Assembly (NCBI GenBank): GCA_965207065.1
Contig: OZ242260.1
Coordinates: 1,600,001 to 1,664,000, forward strand
Source: a bacterium
Lineage (GTDB): Bacteria; UBA8248
Length of the DNA stretch: 64,000 nt
Reading direction: 5' to 3'
The position numbers and the translations under genes are program-made. Shown piece by piece: positions 58,381 to 64,000 of this stretch. How positions within the stretch are numbered: position 1 is the stretch's first letter; each line of letters starts with the position of its first letter. A model generated the notes under the pieces. The model did no database searches. It was not told where the DNA came from and saw only the letters and a program-made list of their open reading frames with translations.

Positions 58381-58818
58381 TTGAATTCCCTGGGCCGCCA
58401 TCTGCTGGCGGAATTTTATGACTGCGCCTCGGATGCCCTGAACGATCCCGGGCGGGTCGAGCGATTGATGAACGAGGCCGCGCGCCTGAGCGGGGCCACC
58501 GTCGTGCAGAGCGTGTTCCACACCTTCAGCCCCCACGGGGTGAGCGGGGTGGTCGTGGTGGAGGAAAGCCATCTGGCGGTGCATACCTGGCCCGAGCATA
58601 ACTACGCGGCGGTGGATTATTTCTCCTGCGGCGAGGTGGATTGCGACGCGGCGGTGCGCTATCTGGCAGAGCACCTCCTGCCCGCCCGCGTGGAGACGAA
58701 AGAGGTGCCGCGCGGCGTCCTCGAAGAACGCGAGGTGTCGCTTGACGCGCCGTTCGCCACGAACGGGGAAGGGGAAACATCCCTCATGCTCAAGAACGGG
58801 GAGGGGCGCGGGCGATGA
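58381..58818 (+). CDS. speD: S-adenosylmethionine decarboxylase proenzyme
   Basis: TTG start after [44 protein letters not shown]. Confidence 0.92.
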   Translation: MNSLGRHLLAEFYDCASDALNDPGRVERLMNEAARLSGATVVQSVFHTFSPHGVSGVVVVEESHLAVHTWPEHNYAAVDYFSCGEVDCDAAVRYLAEHLLPARVETKEVPRGVLEEREVSLDAPFATNGEGETSLMLKNGEGRGR

Positions 58819-59282
58819 TCGTCGCAACACCGACGAAGTATTTCATGGCCCACGGATGCGCCGAGGGCGTGACGGAGCTGAACGCCTTCGACGCCGCGCT
58901 CCTGCGCGCGGGCGTGGGCGACACGAACCTCGTCCGGGTGAGCAGCATCCTGCCGCCCGGATGCGAGGAGATGGAGCCGCCCCCGCTGCCGCCGGGCGCG
59001 CTCGTTCCGGCGGCCTATGCGTCCGTGAGTTCAAACAAGCCTGGCCAGGTGATTACGGCGGCGGTGGCGATCGCCTTGCCTGAGGACGAGGCGCACCCCG
59101 GCCTCATCATGGAGCATCACGGCCACGCCCCCCGCGCGGGGGTGGAGGAGGAGGCCCGGCGCATGGCGGAGGCCGGCATGGCGCATCGAGGCGTGAGTAT
59201 CCGGGAGATCAGGAGCGTCGCCACCGAACTCGTCGTGATGAATATTGGCGCCGCCTTCGCGGGAGTCATCCTTTGGAGCTGA
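58815..59282 (+). CDS. pdaD: Pyruvoyl-dependent arginine decarboxylase
   Basis: [32 protein letters not shown]. Confidence 0.92.
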   Translation: MIVATPTKYFMAHGCAEGVTELNAFDAALLRAGVGDTNLVRVSSILPPGCEEMEPPPLPPGALVPAAYASVSSNKPGQVITAAVAIALPEDEAHPGLIMEHHGHAPRAGVEEEARRMAEAGMAHRGVSIREIRSVATELVVMNIGAAFAGVILWS

Positions 59283-59296
59283 CGCGCGCCCCCTTC

Positions 59297-60154
59297 ATGC
59301 CCGAAAGCCCTCCGGCCAAGCCGGCCACCTGGTTCACCGAGTATCACGGCCCCGGCACCGGCCTCACCATGAAGGTGCTGCGCACCCTCTATTCCGCAAA
59401 GAGCGCGTTTCAGGAAATCACCGTGGTCGAAACCGAGGATTTCGGCCGCGTCCTTCTCCTGGACGGTATCATCCAGACCACCGAGCGCGATGAGTTCATC
59501 TACCACGAGATGCTCGTCCACGTGCCCTTGTGCGCGCATCCCGAACCCAGGAACGTCCTCATCGTCGGCGGCGGGGACGGCGGGTGCGTCCGCGAGGCGC
59601 TCAGGCACGAGACGGTCGAGCGCGTCACCCTGGTCGAGATCGACGAGATGGTGGTGGATTGCTGCCGCGAGTTCCTGCCGGGCATCGCGGGAGGGCTGGA
59701 CGACCCGCGCGTGGAGGTGCGCATCGAGGACGGGGTGAAGTTCATCGAGGGCAGGGAAGAGGCGTTCGACGTCATCCTGGTCGATTCCACCGACCCGGTC
59801 GCCATGGCGAACCCGCTCACGCAGGTCTCCTTTTTCCGCGCGGCCAAGCGCGCCTTGGCGCCCGGCGGCCTCTACGCCGCGCAGACGCAGGGCCCCGTGT
59901 TCGAGGGTCACCGGATGCGGCGCATCACGAGGCGCATCCGGCGGGTGTTCCCCGGCGCGGCGACGTATCTCGCGAACGTGCCGACCTATCCGGGGGGGAT
60001 ATGGTCGTTCGCGCTGGCGCCGAAATCGACGAAAACGGACGTCCGCGCGGAGCCGAGAGCGCTGCCCCCCGATGTGAAGACCCACTACTACTCCCCCGCG
60101 ATTCACGAAGCCGCCTTCACGCATCCCCCCTACGTGGCGGAGATGCTGGGCTGA
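59297..60154 (+). CDS. speE: Polyamine aminopropyltransferase (spermidine synthase)
   Basis: LDGIIQTTERDEFIYHEMLVH, VGGGDGG, VEID, ILVDSTDP, VPTYPGGIW. Confidence 0.95.
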   Translation: MPESPPAKPATWFTEYHGPGTGLTMKVLRTLYSAKSAFQEITVVETEDFGRVLLLDGIIQTTERDEFIYHEMLVHVPLCAHPEPRNVLIVGGGDGGCVREALRHETVERVTLVEIDEMVVDCCREFLPGIAGGLDDPRVEVRIEDGVKFIEGREEAFDVILVDSTDPVAMANPLTQVSFFRAAKRALAPGGLYAAQTQGPVFEGHRMRRITRRIRRVFPGAATYLANVPTYPGGIWSFALAPKSTKTDVRAEPRALPPDVKTHYYSPAIHEAAFTHPPYVAEMLG

Positions 60155-61011
60155 TGGGCGGGGAGGCCCGCCCGCGATTTCTCTGCGCTGAAAACTCTTT
60201 CGATTCAGCGCGCGTCGTTCTGCTGGGATGCCCCTTCGATGAGACGGCGAGCTTCCGGCGAGGCGCGAGATTCGGCCCCGACGCGATGCGCGAGGCGTCC
60301 GATTGCCTCGAAACCTACAGCCCGCATTTGGACAAGGACTTGGGCGACGCCGCCCTGTGCGATTTGGGCGATGTCGATCTCGCCTCAGGCGACACCCAGG
60401 CCGTTCTCGCGGCCATCCGTGCCGAAGCCTCGCGGGTATTCCGGGCGGGCAAGCGTCCCGTCTTCCTGGGCGGTGAGCATCTGGTGAGCCTTCCCGCCGT
60501 GGAGGCGGCGCTCGAACTCTTCCCCGGCTTGGCCGTGTTCCAGTGGGACGCCCACGCGGATTTGCGCGATGACTACCTGGGAGAGCGTCTCTCGCACGCC
60601 TGCGTGGTACGGCGCATTCTGGAACTTGAGGGCATAGGCCCGCTTCGCCAGTTCGGCGTCCGCTCCGGTACGCGCGAAGAGTTCGAATGGATGCGGGCGA
60701 ACGACACCATGCGCCCCTTGAGTCCCGAGGCCGTGTCGGCGGCGCTCAAGGTGGCGGGTGATCGCCCCGTATATCTCACCCTCGACGTGGACGTCGTGAA
60801 CCCCGGCGAGATGCCCGGAACCGGCAGCCCCGAACCGGGCGGCTCCGGCTTCGATGCGCTCATGGACTGCATTCGCGTTCTTGACGCCTCGGGCGCGCGC
60901 ATCATCGGCGCCGACGTGGTGGAACTCGCCCCCGAGTGGGACCCGACCGGCGCGAGCGCCATAGCCGCTGCGAAGCTGGTGCGTGAACTCGCGCTGGTGC
61001 TGGGGGCTTGA
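60154..61011 (+). CDS. speB: Agmatinase
   Basis: GARFGP, LGGEH, DAHADLR, LDVDV, PGTGSPEPGG, DVVELAP; TGATG overlap with speE. Confidence 0.93.
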   Translation: MGGEARPRFLCAENSFDSARVVLLGCPFDETASFRRGARFGPDAMREASDCLETYSPHLDKDLGDAALCDLGDVDLASGDTQAVLAAIRAEASRVFRAGKRPVFLGGEHLVSLPAVEAALELFPGLAVFQWDAHADLRDDYLGERLSHACVVRRILELEGIGPLRQFGVRSGTREEFEWMRANDTMRPLSPEAVSAALKVAGDRPVYLTLDVDVVNPGEMPGTGSPEPGGSGFDALMDCIRVLDASGARIIGADVVELAPEWDPTGASAIAAAKLVRELALVLGA

Positions 61012-61370
61012 GTCGGATGGGGCGGCGCGGCTTCTGGGCGCTGGCGCTCCTGTGGCTTCCGGCCGGGGTTGTCGCGACCGCGCTCGTGCGTTTCGGGGCC
61101 GAGCCCGGGTTCTGGATGTCGTTGCCGATGCAGTTGGGGTCGCTGGTCCCGGTCGCGCCCTGCGGCCTGCCGCTGGCGCTGGGGTGCCGGAGGCTTTGGC
61201 GGCTGGGCTACCGCCGCGATGCCTGGACGGCGGGAATAATACTCGGCGTCGTCACGGTGGCGGCGTCGCTGGTGGCGGGACTGCTCGGCCCGATTGCCAT
61301 CGCTCTCTACGCGGTGACTTTAAGCCTGCCGGTCTGGGCGGCGGCGTGGTGGCTCGCGCGGCGGGGCTGA
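61008..61370 (+). CDS. Small four-TM membrane protein at operon end
   Basis: TTGA overlap with speB stop; four hydrophobic segments. Confidence 0.6.
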   Translation: MSRMGRRGFWALALLWLPAGVVATALVRFGAEPGFWMSLPMQLGSLVPVAPCGLPLALGCRRLWRLGYRRDAWTAGIILGVVTVAASLVAGLLGPIAIALYAVTLSLPVWAAAWWLARRG

Positions 61371-61548
61371 TAGCAGAGAAAAGAGGGGTCGCGGCGTGAT
61401 CAGGGTCGCGAACCGGAATATCGGGGAGCGCATGGAGCCGTGGCGCGATCTCGCGGAAATGGCGGTCCGGCGAGCCTCCCGGAACGGCCGCGGCCACTCC
61501 GGGAGGCGTACTCGGTGAGGTGAGTGCGTTACCGGCCCGCCTTCGTAT

Positions 61549-62565
61549 TTACTCCGGCTTTTGCCCGTAGAACACGGATCGCAGGTCCGAACCGGAGGCG
61601 TGGCCGGCAACGCCGGCCTGGCTGGGGCCGCCGAACTGCCCGGTGGCTTCATACGTTTTGGAGCCTGGCGTCGTGATCGTCCCCGTGAACCTGCCGTCGC
61701 TGACCGGCATGTCCTCCCACTGCAGGGTTCCGAGGGTCGGCACGTCGTCCAGGGCAAGGGTCGCCTTCGTCCCGTCGTCCAGCGTCACGGTAACGCGCGC
61801 CTCCCCCGAATCGATCGCCGGGTCGTCCCCGTAATAGCCCATCCATTCACCCGTCCACGTCGCCGCCTCCGTCGGCTGATGCTCAGGCGCGGATGGGGAG
61901 AGGTGCGGAGTCCAGACATCGCCCTCCAGCGTGTACCAGGCCCGCAGGTCATAGCCCTGGTTCTCGATGCCCAGCCCGACGCCGTCCATGGTGGCCCATC
62001 CCCCGAGCGAGGATGCGGACGTCTCCAGAGCGTCGACCCCGGTTGCGCTCGCCGTGCCGCCGCTCCCCGACCCGACTTCCGCGTGCGGCGTCCATCCATC
62101 GAAGGTTTGGCCGCTTGCGTCGAGAGTGACGTCGGCGGTCCCGCCGGATTGTAGATCGACCGGCGTCGTCGGCCCCAACTCCACCCCGTTCGAGAGGTGC
62201 ACCTCGACGCGGACGCTGCTCAGCGGGGCGTTGGTCGTATTGGTCACGGTCCCCTTGAAAGTCTGGGTGGCGGCGTCGTAGCGCAGTTCGAGGCGGGCGC
62301 CATTGCGAACCATGTCGAAGGTGTCCGTCAGCCCGAGCTGCGCGCCGGATTCTTCCCCGCCACCCTCGGAAGATTCCCCGCCACCCTCGGAGCTTTCTCC
62401 TCCGCTCTCGGAGCCTTCCCCGCCGACCTCCGAAGATTCACCGCCGCCGTCGGATAACCGGCTCCCCGAACAGCCGGCGAGGCTGAATACCAGCAGGACG
62501 ACAAGCGGGATGACAAGGCGGCGTTCCAGACAAAATCTCTTGAGCCAAAACAATGATGATTCCAT
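61549..62565 (-). CDS. Lipoprotein with Gly/Glu/Ser repeat linker, FxLYD-like domain and C-terminal beta-barrel
   Basis: Lipobox LAGC; 7-aa GGESSEG repeats; FKGTVTNTTNAPLSSVRVEVHLSNG; ATWTGEWMG, GQFGGP..GVAG. Confidence 0.7.
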   Translation of the reverse strand: MESSLFWLKRFCLERRLVIPLVVLLVFSLAGCSGSRLSDGGGESSEVGGEGSESGGESSEGGGESSEGGGEESGAQLGLTDTFDMVRNGARLELRYDAATQTFKGTVTNTTNAPLSSVRVEVHLSNGVELGPTTPVDLQSGGTADVTLDASGQTFDGWTPHAEVGSGSGGTASATGVDALETSASSLGGWATMDGVGLGIENQGYDLRAWYTLEGDVWTPHLSPSAPEHQPTEAATWTGEWMGYYGDDPAIDSGEARVTVTLDDGTKATLALDDVPTLGTLQWEDMPVSDGRFTGTITTPGSKTYEATGQFGGPSQAGVAGHASGSDLRSVFYGQKPE

Positions 62566-62780
62566 GATCGTCTCCCTCTAGACGATGCGTAAGCGGCGCG
62601 GCGGAAGATATCCCGGGCCGGCCCGCAGCGTCAAGCATTCGTTTCGGCGAGGTCGGCCCCGGCGGCGCGAACCACGCCCGGACGCACGGCGTCATTCACT
62701 CGTTGGCGCGCAATTTCCGGGATTCGTGAATCGCACTGTCATTACTTGCAGCGCGTAGCGCTATACGTTACAATATTACG

Positions 62781-63052
62781 ATGAAGATCAGGCACAAGGG
62801 ATTGCGGTCGCTACATGAACGGGACGACCAATCGCGGTTGTCTGCCAATCTGGCGCCGCGTCTCCGTCGCATCCTGTTTCGGCTGCAGGAAGCGACGCGA
62901 CCGGGTGATGCGGACGCGCCGGGCTTCCGGCTGCATCCCCTGAAGGGCGACCGGCGGGCGAGTGGAGCGTGCGTGTATCCGGCAACTGGCGCGTGGTGTT
63001 CCGCTTCGAGGACAGCGAAGCCGTGGACGTGGACCTGGTCGACTACCACTGA
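62781..63052 (+). pseudogene. higB: HigB/RelE-family toxin with a 1-nt frameshift
   Basis: IRHKGL...FRLHPLKGDR then in another frame GEWSVRVSGNWRVVFRFEDSEAVDVDLVDYH*; shift near 62953. Confidence 0.85.
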
Positions 63053-63070
63053 CGGAAAGGAGAAAGAGCG

Positions 63071-63379
63071 ATGAGCGATGGCGAACGTGCAGGCCCGATG
63101 CGGAACCCGCCGCACCTGGGCGAACTGGTCCGCGAGAGCATGGAAGAGGTAGGCTGGAGCGTCACCGAGACCTCGGCCCGCCTGGGCTGTGAGCGCGGGA
63201 CGCTTTCGCGCCTTCTGAACGGAAAGGCGGGCGTGTCCGCCAACATGGCGCTCGCGCTGGAGGGAATCGGGTGGGGAACCGCCGACCACTGGATGCGCAT
63301 GCAGGCGAGCTACGAACTGGCGCAGGTCCGCAGGGAGAGAGCCGGGGGGAAACGGCCGGCGGAAGTGAGGTCGGCGTGA
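63071..63379 (+). CDS. higA: HigA family antitoxin
   Basis: MRNPPHLGELVRE, LSRLLNGKAGVSANMALAL, WMRMQASYEL. Confidence 0.9.
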   Translation: MSDGERAGPMRNPPHLGELVRESMEEVGWSVTETSARLGCERGTLSRLLNGKAGVSANMALALEGIGWGTADHWMRMQASYELAQVRRERAGGKRPAEVRSA

Positions 63380-63494
63380 GCCGGCGTTGCAGTGGCGCTT
63401 TGGAACGAAAAGTAAAATATTTATTGACGTTGCCGGGGAACTATGGCATCTTTATTGTCAATAACTACTCCCCCGCTGGTTTCGACCGCCGGGT

Positions 63495-63525
63495 GCGGGG
63501 CCTCTAAGGAGGCCCCTGCTTTTTT
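63495..63525 (+). terminator. Intrinsic terminator
   Basis: GCGGGGCCTC-TAAG-GAGGCCCCTGC followed by TTTTTT. Confidence 0.75.
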
Positions 63526-63752
63526 GAGGGAATGATTTTTCCTGACCAGCCAAAGAGTTTTGGTTACGTTTTTGCAGTCGCGGTATGTTGCGGATATACA
63601 TTCATTTTTCAATACTGGGAACAGGAGGGTATCATTCTTCTCTAAAATCGCATTCAAGGTTGGAGAGAAGGCGGGCTACGTGAAACAAGTTTTCTGCTGT
63701 AAATGACCTAAGAGGTTATATAGCCGCCTTCAGATCGAGAAAGGAGAAAGCA

Positions 63753-63944
63753 ATGAACCAGGTTGCAGAAAATGATGAACTTATCAAGCGTATGAAGGAA
63801 GCAGCGCAGCGACCGATGACCCCTGAAGAAAAAAGAGCGCAAAGGATATCTTACATTCTCTCCGTGGTCGGCAGAGATGATGAATCCACCAAGAAGGAAG
63901 TTGAGGATTATATTGATGAGCGTTACGGGAACACGCATGAATGA
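63753..63944 (+). CDS. Small hypothetical protein, possible antitoxin
   Basis: AAGGAGA RBS; MTPEEKRAQRISY; ATGA overlap with next ORF. Confidence 0.6.
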   Translation: MNQVAENDELIKRMKEAAQRPMTPEEKRAQRISYILSVVGRDDESTKKEVEDYIDERYGNTHE

Positions 63945-64000
63945 TTTTGTACGAACTGACAGGAACGGAAGACGACGATACTTACAGGACACTGGAATAC
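63941..64000 (+). CDS. 5' end of next gene (possibly Fic family), cut by window edge
   Basis: MILYELTGTEDDDTYRTLEY resembles N-termini I recall for small Fic proteins; the Fic motif itself is not in the window. Confidence 0.35.
   Translation, partial: MILYELTGTEDDDTYRTLEY

Overview
GC-rich bacterial chromosome segment. Housekeeping and metabolic genes: tandem-domain thyX, queG, thiE/thiL, serS, grxC, a complete speD-pdaD-speE-speB polyamine operon, TRAP/RND/AEC transporters, hydrolases and oxidoreductases. Accessory patches: secreted ankyrin-repeat proteins, TbpB-like lipoproteins, duplicated Cys-rich secreted proteins, decayed toxin-antitoxin genes and many REP/MITE-like palindromes; this repertoire suggests (inference only) a host-associated, e.g. 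sponge-symbiont-like, lifestyle. Best signals: (1) an AhpD/CMD-family peroxidase split in the ORF track by two in-frame TGA codons sitting exactly at both CxxC positions, followed by a SECIS-like hairpin, i.e. a candidate double-selenocysteine (UxxU) protein near yqeC and a Mo-hydroxylase; (2) four copies of a TCCCCA-N4-TGGGGA box at an identical distance from a -10 hexamer (centre about -42.5) around an orphan LuxR-type regulator, inside an ~8 kb region built from direct repeats; (3) a promoter-preceded cluster of structured non-coding hairpin domains at 26.2-26.7 kb; (4) ~205-bp MITEs with 3-bp TNA target duplications carrying REP hairpins. No rRNA, tRNA, CRISPR array, integrase or transposase was recognised. 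All family assignments come from motif recognition by eye, not from database searches.
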